Below the pieces are notes generated by a model. It made no database searches and was not told the DNA's origin. It saw only the letters and a list, made by a program, of their open reading frames with translations. A DNA stretch of 64,000 bases from a bacterium (GTDB lineage: Bacteria > Patescibacteriota > Patescibacteriia > JAGPKW01). A program made the translations under genes and the position numbers. Positions 47,439-56,594 of the stretch are shown here, one piece after another. Every line of letters starts with the position of its first letter. Position 1 is the first letter of the stretch. The DNA lies in assembly GCA_021780535.1 (NCBI GenBank), contig JAJXYN010000009.1, forward strand, positions 303,923 to 367,922, given 5' to 3'.

Positions 47439-48540
47439 TTGTTTTATTAATACTTAATTTATTTGGTAACCAAAAAGATATTGGTATTTGAACTAGATAT
47501 GACAAGACTATTACTATTATTATTTGAGAATAAACCTGATTTTGATAAATTAATGATGTTGAGAAACCTAAGGCTAGCGTTATATATCTTAAATAATTTC
47601 CCCATATTAAAGCTTTTGTTTCTGCAGTTTTATTCTTTTTAAATATAAATAAATTTATTGATAAGATTGTTGCGTAAAATATAATTACTGGAATTATTGA
47701 TTTTAATAACAAATCTGGCTTTTCAAAAATTATTATATTTTGTTTCATCCCCATTAAAAAGAATAGTGTAAAAAACATACCTATATTACTTATTCCCGAA
47801 AAAATTATTTTTGATTTTTCAAATTTATTTTCTTGTAATATTTTCTTTAAAATTTTTTGAGTTGTAAAAGCTAGACCAAGTGGTATTAAAACTATTATTA
47901 ATATTGGGATAGCTATTTGCACAGCACGTATTGAATGACTATTACCAAAAGAGCAAGATAATGTATTGTTTGTAGCCTTAGATATTAAACAACCACCTGT
48001 ATGATTTGTTGCTTGTATCCCTTGATAAAAATTATCAAATTTTGGTTGTCCGATCTGAGTATTTATGTTTCCAACAAATGTATTTATAAAAAATGATAGG
48101 AATATTGGAACTAACACAACGGCAGTTAATAAATTTGCGACTATTATTCCAACAGTTACTACTAAATCTGACTTTGTTTTTTGTGCCCAAGAAACAACCA
48201 TTCCACCGCCTGGTAATATAGATAATAAGAATAATCCTAAAAATAATACTGGATAATCTCTTAAGAATAGATACCCAACTAAAAATCCTATTAATGGTAT
48301 CATTACGAAATTTAATAATATTGATATTATTATTATATTTTTATGTTTGTAAATATCTTTTAATTTACTAAAATCTAAAGACACGAGAGATGGATATATC
48401 ATTGTTAAAGCTGCAAAAATACACACTAAAACACTAAACTCAAAACCACCTAAAAATCTAGCAAATAATATCCCTGAAAAAATACTTAGCAAAATTAAAA
48501 AAAATAAATTTTTTTGTATAAATTTAAAAATCTTTTCCAT
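47431..48540 (-). CDS. BASS/ACR3-like (SBF family) transporter with Cys-rich central insert
   Basis: MIYPSLVSLDFSKLKD and LFLLSILPGGGMVVSW resemble ACR3/BASS motifs (no APCTAM Cys); 8-nt overlap with trx-trxB. Confidence 0.45.
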   Translation of the reverse strand: MEKIFKFIQKNLFFLILLSIFSGILFARFLGGFEFSVLVCIFAALTMIYPSLVSLDFSKLKDIYKHKNIIIISILLNFVMIPLIGFLVGYLFLRDYPVLFLGLFLLSILPGGGMVVSWAQKTKSDLVVTVGIIVANLLTAVVLVPIFLSFFINTFVGNINTQIGQPKFDNFYQGIQATNHTGGCLISKATNNTLSCSFGNSHSIRAVQIAIPILIIVLIPLGLAFTTQKILKKILQENKFEKSKIIFSGISNIGMFFTLFFLMGMKQNIIIFEKPDLLLKSIIPVIIFYATILSINLFIFKKNKTAETKALIWGNYLRYITLALGFSTSLIYQNQVYSQIIIVIVLSYLVQIPISFWLPNKLSINKTNE

Positions 48541-48585
48541 TTTTTGTATTATTTAACCTTACTAATTTAATAAAAATGTTTATAC

Positions 48586-48613
48586 ATTATATCACAGGGG
48601 TGGGGGGTGTCAA
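48586..48613 (-). promoter_or_regulatory. Consensus sigma-70 promoter (TTGACA-N16-TATAAT on minus strand) with poly-C spacer CCCCCCACCCCTGTGA
   Basis: Exact hexamers; same architecture at 53743..53770. Confidence 0.6.
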
Positions 48614-48648
48614 GAGTGTTATAAAAACTGCAAAAAATAATATTAAAA

Positions 48649-49869
48649 TTATTTTTTTACTATGTCTTTTATAAGAAAACCTATTAATGAAGATGCTATC
48701 GCTGCTAATATTAATATATATTTAAAATCGTAAGGAATAAATATTATAAATATAGTTGATAAAACTAAAATAAAACTCCTACCTAAAAAATTAGACATTA
48801 TTCTCATAACAACATACTCATCTATTAGATCTCCTTTGTTTCTTGCTCCCTCATAAAAACGAGAGTCTCTTGGTATTCTTAATATTGGCTCTACAATGTT
48901 TTGATATGTTGAAGCTACAAATAATTGTAAATTTGTTAGTGATAAAATTTTCCATATCCAACCTAATCCATAAAGAATTCCTCCAAGTTTTGCAATTTTT
49001 GATTTGCTTTTTATATCTGTTAACTTACCAACTAAAGAATTTACTATCAATGAAGCTAATAAAACCAATGATACTAATATACCAATAGAATTTATATCGT
49101 TTTTCATAAGAATGAATATAATTATTGGCCATATTGTTATTTTTATACCCATTTCTGCTCCTTCAGAAAATCCTATAAAAAAATTTCTTATATATCTTTT
49201 TGAAAATATGTTTTTGAATGTTTCTATAAAACCAAATGAATATTGTTGCTTTGTATCATTCATTTTTAATAATGGGAATATAGATATAATATAAATCAAA
49301 ACTGCTAATATAAAAAGAATATTAAATCCTATTTTATCTATAATCAATGATGCTATAAATGGTAATGCAACTCCTACTATTGATAATATATTTCTAATTC
49401 TACCAATTTGTGAACCTCTTTTGCTTTGATCTGTAAACAATGATATGTCCACATGATACCCTATCCAATAAAAAGATCTTGCTACTACCATTGTAATTAA
49501 ATACAAAACAATTGCTATGGTTGTATTAAAATCAAAAATTAAAAATGTGCCATAATTAAGCATAAAAAATATACTACCTATTATTATGGAATTTTTTATA
49601 CCTATTTTACCTAATGCTTTTGCCCCAAAAATAAGTCCAAATATAGATAATATGCTATCTATAGAAAAAAGTATAAAAATATATAATAATGATAGATCTA
49701 ATTTTTGATAAATAAATATTACAGAAAACATAACTAACATTGAATCTGCTATAGCTTGTATAGCTGTGGACAAGGACAATGATAGTAAATCTTTACTGAA
49801 TAAATTTATTTTATTTATATTTTTAACTTTTTCCATTTGTGTAGTTTTATTAGTTAATAAGTATATCAT
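48649..49869 (-). CDS. MFS-type transporter
   Basis: 12 predicted TM helices, 406 aa. Confidence 0.5.
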   Translation of the reverse strand: MIYLLTNKTTQMEKVKNINKINLFSKDLLSLSLSTAIQAIADSMLVMFSVIFIYQKLDLSLLYIFILFSIDSILSIFGLIFGAKALGKIGIKNSIIIGSIFFMLNYGTFLIFDFNTTIAIVLYLITMVVARSFYWIGYHVDISLFTDQSKRGSQIGRIRNILSIVGVALPFIASLIIDKIGFNILFILAVLIYIISIFPLLKMNDTKQQYSFGFIETFKNIFSKRYIRNFFIGFSEGAEMGIKITIWPIIIFILMKNDINSIGILVSLVLLASLIVNSLVGKLTDIKSKSKIAKLGGILYGLGWIWKILSLTNLQLFVASTYQNIVEPILRIPRDSRFYEGARNKGDLIDEYVVMRIMSNFLGRSFILVLSTIFIIFIPYDFKYILILAAIASSLIGFLIKDIVKK

Positions 49870-49936
49870 AAATTTATTTTATTTTTTATACTACAAAAAT
49901 AAAAAACACTTAGTTATATAAGTGTTTTTTTATTAT

Positions 49937-50356
49937 TTAGTAATTTACTTGATTATATCCTCTTCCGAAACCGCCACCCATTCCACATCCACCACCATTA
50001 CCTCTGCCCATAAAACTGTTTGTAGAAGTTCTAAGCCCTAATTCAGCTCTTATTTTATCTGCTTCTGCTGTTTTTCCTTCTAAGCCTAACTTATTAGCTT
50101 CTGCAAATTTTGCAAAATTATCTTTATTTATTACAGATAAAACTCTTCTTCCCATATTTGTTTTTTCCATTTCTGTTTTCCATGCTTCATAATTATTTGT
50201 AGCAAAAGCGTTTTGCATTATTGTATGTCTTTCTGTTGTATAGTTTGGTCCTTGTTTTGTGTAATTGCCTTGATAAGCAAATGCATTAGATGTTGCCATA
50301 AAAACAGAAACTAAACCAATGACTAAAGCTGGTAATACTAAATTTACTTTTTTCAT
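49937..50356 (-). CDS. Secreted protein with Gly-rich C-terminus
   Basis: Signal peptide; GRGNGGGCGMGGGFGRG tail. Confidence 0.4.
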   Translation of the reverse strand: MKKVNLVLPALVIGLVSVFMATSNAFAYQGNYTKQGPNYTTERHTIMQNAFATNNYEAWKTEMEKTNMGRRVLSVINKDNFAKFAEANKLGLEGKTAEADKIRAELGLRTSTNSFMGRGNGGGCGMGGGFGRGYNQVNY

Positions 50357-50532
50357 ATAATTTTATTATTAAATTAATTAAATAAGAAATAGCTATTTTC
50401 TTTCTCACTAGGTAATACATTTAAAAAAATAATTTCTTTCATTTTTAATTTTATAATTAAGATTATGAATATTGAAATAAATTATAATTTTAATTGTATT
50501 ACTTTGTATAATAATTATATTAATAATATAGC

Positions 50533-51252
50533 ATGAAAAAAAATTTTTTGTTTGTATTTTCTCTAGTTTTTATTTTACCTAATATATCCATGGCTGATGT
50601 TAGTTCTAACATAGCAACAAACACCGCTGAGCCAACTGCTATAAATTCTACTGATATTGTTGAATTAACTGGAAAAGAAATTAAAGGTAAGACCGTTGCT
50701 GAAGTTGCCGATTATTATAAAATAAACTCGGATGCTCTTGCTACAAAATTAAGTGATTATTTAAAAGTAAATATAAAACCTTCTGAAAGTTTTCAATTAT
50801 TACATGACAACTATGGTCTTGAGCCTAGTTTTGTTAGTGATTTAGCGAAAGAAATAAAAAATTCTAATAACATTACGACAACTTCTTCTGTTGAAAGTGT
50901 TATAGAAAAACAAAAAATATCAGACGAAATTGCTCCTGAAAAAAATTATTTTGTCTTACAAGTATCTAGTTCTTTAATATTGTTATATATAATTACTTTT
51001 GTATTAGCAAAGAAAAAAATAATTTCAGAAATACTACATAAAAAAATATGGAATAACATTCTTCTTTTTGTTTTTCTAGGAATGGGAATATTAGGATTAT
51101 TGCTAGCTGTCAGAATTCAATACGGGGTTAAAACAATACTACCTTTTAATATGTTATTTTGGCATGTTGAATTTGGAATTACTATGGCTATAATATCTAT
51201 ATTTCATGTATTGTGGCATATAAAATATTATATAAATATTAAAAATAAATAA
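50533..51252 (+). CDS. Secreted/membrane protein (signal peptide, C-terminal TM helices)
   Basis: ORF and hydrophobicity only. Confidence 0.4.
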   Translation: MKKNFLFVFSLVFILPNISMADVSSNIATNTAEPTAINSTDIVELTGKEIKGKTVAEVADYYKINSDALATKLSDYLKVNIKPSESFQLLHDNYGLEPSFVSDLAKEIKNSNNITTTSSVESVIEKQKISDEIAPEKNYFVLQVSSSLILLYIITFVLAKKKIISEILHKKIWNNILLFVFLGMGILGLLLAVRIQYGVKTILPFNMLFWHVEFGITMAIISIFHVLWHIKYYINIKNK

Positions 51253-51280
51253 AAAATTGTCATCAAAAGATGACAATTTT

Positions 51281-51472
51281 TTATTTTACAAATACTTTAG
51301 AAACCCACTCTCCATCACCTATTCTATACCAACCATTATTTTCCTCAAATACTACTACTTCTGCACCTTTTGATAATTTTTTTATGGCCTTATCTTTTAT
51401 TGATGGGTTATCACGAACATTAACATTGTTTGATGTTATCTTTCCTTTTAATAAAATTGTTTTAGCTCCCAT
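51281..51472 (-). CDS. Small SH3b-domain protein (start trimmed to internal Met to avoid overlap with upstream gene)
   Basis: GKITSNNVNVRDNPS...GAEVVVFEENNGWYRIGDGEWVSKVFV is a bacterial SH3 pattern. Confidence 0.4.
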   Translation of the reverse strand: MGAKTILLKGKITSNNVNVRDNPSIKDKAIKKLSKGAEVVVFEENNGWYRIGDGEWVSKVFVK

Positions 51473-51521
51473 TAACAAAGGAAGTGTGCGAACTGGCTCA
51501 ACAAAAAATTGTCCTGGTAGA

Positions 51522-52364
51522 TTATACCCACAAGATGCACTTCCACCACCATCTGCTTGTAATTGATGCTCTACTGGTATGCCGGCTATAATTAATGCAT
51601 GCATTACTTGCCTCTTTTTCCGTAGCTAATTGACTGCAATAAACTACTAATTCTTTCCCATCATTAGATACACCCAAAAATAAACGAGAAGTTGCTGTAC
51701 CATCATCATTTTTTGTTACATTTGGAGAAAATCCTTCTAGTGCCTGATCTCCTGTTTTATTATCTATAAATTCAGATGAATCAAAGTCTTTAACTAATGC
51801 AACACCATCTTTATTGTTAATAATAAGCATGCGTCTAGCCCTTGCCATGTCTGGAACAGAACGACTTCCACTTGTTATTGTTGTTTTTCCATTAATGGAG
51901 TATTTTACTGCCATACTTAAATCTGTAGAATTTGGCTTCATATTAAAAAATGCTGCATCCCAAATAAATTTTATTCCTGCGTCTATTGATTTTGATTGTT
52001 CTGACCCTATTCTTTTAAAAGACAGGTTATGATAATCATTTATATCTAATGACGTTGTATTAATTTTTTCATTAGAAAACGGTTTTGATTCTAATACATT
52101 TAAATCTTGTGGCTCACCTGCCCCAAATATAAAATTAATTTGATTTTGTGGCAGATAAATACGAGTCAAAAAATCAACCGCACCATTTTCTTTTGGTGCT
52201 TTAAAATATGAACTTATTCCAGGAGCATTAACCCATGTTATTATAGAAAAACCTTCCGGTGTGATTGGCGCATAAACTGGTTTTTCTTGAATTTTTGATG
52301 CTAAAACTGGCGTTGCTATTATTAATGTTAAAATTACTAAAAAATTTGTGAAAATTTTTTTCAT
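51522..52364 (-). CDS. Secreted hypothetical protein
   Basis: Signal peptide MKKIFTNFLVILTLIIATPVLA. Confidence 0.4.
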   Translation of the reverse strand: MKKIFTNFLVILTLIIATPVLASKIQEKPVYAPITPEGFSIITWVNAPGISSYFKAPKENGAVDFLTRIYLPQNQINFIFGAGEPQDLNVLESKPFSNEKINTTSLDINDYHNLSFKRIGSEQSKSIDAGIKFIWDAAFFNMKPNSTDLSMAVKYSINGKTTITSGSRSVPDMARARRMLIINNKDGVALVKDFDSSEFIDNKTGDQALEGFSPNVTKNDDGTATSRLFLGVSNDGKELVVYCSQLATEKEASNACINYSRHTSRASITSRWWWKCILWV

Positions 52365-52503
52365 TGAAGTAAATAAATGAACTTACTTATTATATTTTAT
52401 ATTATAGATAAAAAAACATATTAATACTAGATAATTTTTGTTACTATATTTACATTTTAGCGTTATAATATATGTAGAAATATATAAACTTTAATTAAAT
52501 GAT

Positions 52504-53076
52504 ATGAATCATAAAAAATTTATAGGAATTATACTGATTAGTTTTGTTAGTTTAATTATTATAATTACCATTCCTGTTGTTTATTTTTTATCAAGTAGGA
52601 ATAATAATTTAAAATTACCAAATAATACTCCTATTGAAAATAGTAAAAATCAAATAACTGAAACTAAAACATCTGTTGAATATAATAATAAAGAATATGG
52701 TTTTATTTTTTCTTTACCAAATGATTGGAATAATTATTCAATAGTGGAAGGAAAATGGACTGGAAATAGCATTAATTCTAGTGGTTCACAAAATATTGGC
52801 ACAGAAGAAGGCCCAATGATTTCTATCAGAAACCCTAAATGGACAACTAATGAACCAATGCAAGATATTCCAATTATGATTTTTACAAATAAACAATGGG
52901 ATTCACTTAAAAAAGATGAATTTCATATAGGAGCAGCCCCTATTAATCCAAGCGAACTTAATCACAATACAAACTATGTTTTTGCATTGCCGGCTAGATA
53001 TAATTTTGCTTTTCCAAAAGGATTTGAAGAAGTAGAGCAAATTTTGCAAAATAAACCGTTAGGCGTAATTAATTAA
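52504..53076 (+). CDS. Membrane-anchored hypothetical protein
   Basis: N-terminal TM; ORF only. Confidence 0.4.
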   Translation: MNHKKFIGIILISFVSLIIIITIPVVYFLSSRNNNLKLPNNTPIENSKNQITETKTSVEYNNKEYGFIFSLPNDWNNYSIVEGKWTGNSINSSGSQNIGTEEGPMISIRNPKWTTNEPMQDIPIMIFTNKQWDSLKKDEFHIGAAPINPSELNHNTNYVFALPARYNFAFPKGFEEVEQILQNKPLGVIN

Positions 53077-53128
53077 TTTAATCTAATTAAAAAATCACCA
53101 CAAAACAATGTGATGATTTTTTTGTAAA

Positions 53129-53452
53129 TTATAAAGATTTTTTTAATTCTTGACTAAACACGTTTGCTGGTCTAAATCCTATAAAATCTTCTACAACTTT
53201 TCCATTTTTAAACAATTTCATATTTGGGATACTCATAATGTTGTATTCCATTGCAAGCATTCCATTGTCTCCATTTTCAGTATCTATTTTACAAATTTTT
53301 AATTTACCTTCAAATTCTTTTGATAATTCCTCAAGAACTGGAGCCATCATTCTACAAGGACCACACCAAGGTGCCCAAAAATCTACTAAAACTGGCAAAT
53401 CTGATTTTAATACTTCTTGTTCAAAATCTGATTTATTTATATCTTTTGGCAT
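53129..53452 (-). CDS. trxA: Thioredoxin
   Basis: [13 protein letters not shown] active site. Confidence 0.9.
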   Translation of the reverse strand: MPKDINKSDFEQEVLKSDLPVLVDFWAPWCGPCRMMAPVLEELSKEFEGKLKICKIDTENGDNGMLAMEYNIMSIPNMKLFKNGKVVEDFIGFRPANVFSQELKKSL

Positions 53453-53466
53453 ATTTTGTAATATTA

Positions 53467-53727
53467 TTAATTATTATTTAAATTTTTTAAAAGCTTTTTA
53501 AAAGCTCCTTTATCTAGGTTTTTATTAACAAAACAATTATCTAATTCTTCTTCTATTATTTTATTCATAATAGACAACATTGCTGATCTTACTGATTTCA
53601 TTTGAATCAACAAATCTTCGCAATTGTTTTTGTCATCTAGCATTTTTGAAATGCCGTTTAATTGCCCGATGACATTATTTATTCTTTGTTTGTATGATTT
53701 TTCTGGCATTTTATTTGTTTTTATCAA
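53467..53727 (-). CDS. CsoR/RcnR-family repressor with Cys-x29-Cys and Glu in place of His (CstR-like signature)
   Basis: NNCEDLL...EEELDNC; spacing matches CsoR C36/C65 but position -4 is Glu not His. Confidence 0.65.
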   Translation of the reverse strand: MIKTNKMPEKSYKQRINNVIGQLNGISKMLDDKNNCEDLLIQMKSVRSAMLSIMNKIIEEELDNCFVNKNLDKGAFKKLLKNLNNN

Positions 53728-53742
53728 TAAAAATCTTTTTTT

Positions 53743-53770
53743 ATTATATCACGGGGGGGTGGGGTGTCAA
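53743..53770 (-). promoter_or_regulatory. Consensus sigma-70 promoter (TTGACA-N16-TATAAT) with poly-C spacer CCCCACCCCCCCGTGA, 15 nt upstream of the CstR-like gene
   Basis: 28-bp block conserved with 48586..48613. Confidence 0.6.
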
Positions 53771-53836
53771 GAGCTTTTAAGAAAATACTTCACTCTATTT
53801 GAAATATTTTCTTTTTCATGGTTGTATTAGTTATAT

Positions 53837-54412
53837 ATGGATATCAATTTGGAAGAAAAATCCGACATAGAACTTGTTAGGTTATCCATCTTAAATCAAG
53901 ATGATTATGTTTTTATTATTAATAAATATGAAAACAAAATAGAAAGATACTTAAAAAGATTGGGAGATCTAAGAAATGAGGATATAGAAGATCTATTGCA
54001 AGATATTTTTTTAAAAGTTTATAAAAATTTAAATAATTTTAACCCTGAATTAAAATTTTCATCTTGGATATATAGAATAGCTCACAATGAAGCTATAAAT
54101 AAATTTAAAAGAAATAGAAATGTTAATTTAAATTTTGATGATATTGATTATTTTATAAATAAAATATCTGATTGTGTTGATTGTAATAAAGAAAATATAA
54201 GTAACAATATAGATAATAGTTTTTTGAAAGATAAAATTCAAACAACTTTGAGTAAAATGAATATTAAATATAGAGAAGTATTGATGTTAAAATTTATTGA
54301 AGATAAAGATTATAACGAAATATCTGATATTATTAAAAAACCTATCGGGACTGTTGGAACATTAATAAATAGAGCAAAAAAACAATTTAAAGAATTATAT
54401 GAATATAAATAA
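53837..54412 (+). CDS. ECF-type sigma factor
   Basis: Region 2 (DIFLKVYKNLNNF...WIYRIAHNEAINKFKR) and region 4 HTH. Confidence 0.7.
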   Translation: MDINLEEKSDIELVRLSILNQDDYVFIINKYENKIERYLKRLGDLRNEDIEDLLQDIFLKVYKNLNNFNPELKFSSWIYRIAHNEAINKFKRNRNVNLNFDDIDYFINKISDCVDCNKENISNNIDNSFLKDKIQTTLSKMNIKYREVLMLKFIEDKDYNEISDIIKKPIGTVGTLINRAKKQFKELYEYK

Positions 54413-55127
54413 TTTTTTACAAAAAATTAAAAAAGAAAAACCTACTCCAAAATGGATATTTATATCTAAAAGTATTTTATTTTGGACAATGTTTGTTTTA
54501 TTTGTATTTATTGGCGTTGTATCTATTTCTCTCATTATATACTCTTTGTTTAATAGTGATTTTAATATAAATAATACTAACCTTGAATTACAAATAAAAT
54601 TTATATTTAATTCTTTACCTTATGTGTGGATTATTATAACTGCATTATTTTTTGTTGTTTCTTATTTAAATATTAGAAAAACTGAAAATGCTTATAAATT
54701 TTTAAGTATGAAAAATATACTATTAGCATTAGTCGTTACATTTGTTTTAGCTATTGTTTTTTATAATATTGGTTTTTCTAAATTTTTAGATAAAAATTTA
54801 CAAGAAAATATTCCTGTATATAAAAATTATATGAGCCAACATATGTTTGATGTTTGGAATAATCCTGACGAAGGATTATTAATTGGAAAAATAAAAGAAA
54901 TTACAACAAATAATCAAATAATATTAGATACTTACGACCAAAAAGAATGGATTATAAATACCAATGAAAACACTACAATCAGAGGAAGAGTTGAGATATC
55001 TATTGGAAGTGGAATAAAAATTATTGGGACAAAAACTGGAAATAACACTTTTGAGGCTCAAGAAATTAGACCAGAAATGGGAATGATGATGCAAAACAAT
55101 CAAATGATGAACATGATGAATAATTAA
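54399..55127 (+). CDS. Membrane protein overlapping ECF sigma gene (putative anti-sigma)
   Basis: 14-nt overlap; 3 TM helices. Confidence 0.4.
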   Translation: MNINNFLQKIKKEKPTPKWIFISKSILFWTMFVLFVFIGVVSISLIIYSLFNSDFNINNTNLELQIKFIFNSLPYVWIIITALFFVVSYLNIRKTENAYKFLSMKNILLALVVTFVLAIVFYNIGFSKFLDKNLQENIPVYKNYMSQHMFDVWNNPDEGLLIGKIKEITTNNQIILDTYDQKEWIINTNENTTIRGRVEISIGSGIKIIGTKTGNNTFEAQEIRPEMGMMMQNNQMMNMMNN

Positions 55128-55130
55128 TAA

Positions 55131-56504
55131 TTATTCTTTAGATTCAACATGTATTACAACTCTTTTTATTTCTGAAACTTTTTCTTTCAATAAATATTCA
55201 AATTTCATAGTTATATCATGAATTTTTTCTAAAGATATATTATGCTGAGCCAGACAATGAAACGATACAAATAATTTTTCTTCTATTCTTCTTATTAATA
55301 TATTATGGGGCTCACAAATTTCTTCAATAGTTTTGTCTATTTCACTTATAGCATCCTTAACCCTTTTTTGTTCTTCTTTTGTTATGTTAGAACTTAAAAT
55401 TGCATGTTTTTTTAATGGCTCAATGTGTGAATTTAATTCCGTATTGTCTTCAACTTCGTTTTTTATTGATTTTTCAAAATTAGTAGCAATATCATGAGCT
55501 TCTTTTATTGTTAAATCATCTGGCAATTCTAAATCGTAACTTATATATTGTTTATTATCTAAATTATCTACAATAACATCATGAACAGAAAAGCCATTTT
55601 TTAAAGCTAGCGCACGTATTGATTCTACTATTGTTTCATCATTTGACTTTACTGGTTTAATATTAATAACAATATCTGCTTCTTTGATTTCTTTTTTTAT
55701 TTCTACTTCTATGTTTTGAGAGATTTCATGAACTTTATCAATTGATAGTTTATGATTTACAACTATAATTAATTCTATAGACAAATTAGACCCAAGATGT
55801 CTCACTCTAATTCTTTCAATATCTATAATATAATCTATTTTTTTTACAATTTCTTTAATCTTTTCTAAAACTCCAGATGGAGTACCGTCAACTAAAACAT
55901 CTATTGTTTTTTTACCTAAACGATAAGCTGCTAAAAAAACAAATATAGAAACACCCATTGCGGCAATAGTATCCGCTCCTCTTATCCCAAATAATATAAA
56001 AACTAAACCAAGCAACACTACTCCTGAACTTAAAATATCAGAACTAAAATGCAATGCATCAGCTTCAAGCGCTTGGCTATTTGTTTCTTTTGCTATTTTT
56101 TTAAGAGCTCTTGATCTTGAAATATCTATAATCATAGACAACACAACAACCACAAAAGCATACCAAGTTGCTTTCACTTCAATATCACCAACTATTAATT
56201 TATGGACTGATTCGTAAATAATCCAAAAACCAGTAATAAACAACAATCCTGTTTCAATAAGTGCAGAAATACTTTCAATTTTACCATGCCCATAATTATG
56301 ATCTTCATCTGCTGGTTTATCTCCTACTTTAACAGCAAAAAATGTCATAACCGCCGCTGCTAAATCAAGTAATGAATGAACAGCTTCTGAAAGAATACCC
56401 ATACTTCCAGTTAATACTCCTACTATAAATTTGGTTGTTGTTAAAATAACACCGGCTACAACAGAACTTATAGCAACTAATTCTTTTTTATTTTTCATAA
56501 ACAA
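55131..56504 (-). CDS. Cation diffusion facilitator (CDF) family metal efflux protein with extended C-terminal domain
   Basis: HSLLDLAAAVMTFFAV...DEDHNYGHGKIESISALIE; six TM helices. Confidence 0.85.
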   Translation of the reverse strand: MFMKNKKELVAISSVVAGVILTTTKFIVGVLTGSMGILSEAVHSLLDLAAAVMTFFAVKVGDKPADEDHNYGHGKIESISALIETGLLFITGFWIIYESVHKLIVGDIEVKATWYAFVVVVLSMIIDISRSRALKKIAKETNSQALEADALHFSSDILSSGVVLLGLVFILFGIRGADTIAAMGVSIFVFLAAYRLGKKTIDVLVDGTPSGVLEKIKEIVKKIDYIIDIERIRVRHLGSNLSIELIIVVNHKLSIDKVHEISQNIEVEIKKEIKEADIVINIKPVKSNDETIVESIRALALKNGFSVHDVIVDNLDNKQYISYDLELPDDLTIKEAHDIATNFEKSIKNEVEDNTELNSHIEPLKKHAILSSNITKEEQKRVKDAISEIDKTIEEICEPHNILIRRIEEKLFVSFHCLAQHNISLEKIHDITMKFEYLLKEKVSEIKRVVIHVESKE

Positions 56505-56594
56505 ACTTTTTTGTTAAACAATAAATCTAATTAGTATAAAGTATAGCTATTTAATGTCAATAAAAACACCACTCATCTAAAGAGTGGCATTTTA

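Noticed and set aside
51281-51604. Full 107-aa ORF as annotated in the ORF track
   Set aside because: Its first 44 codons overlap the 3' end of the upstream same-strand gene in another frame. Trimmed to the internal Met that precedes the SH3b-like region.
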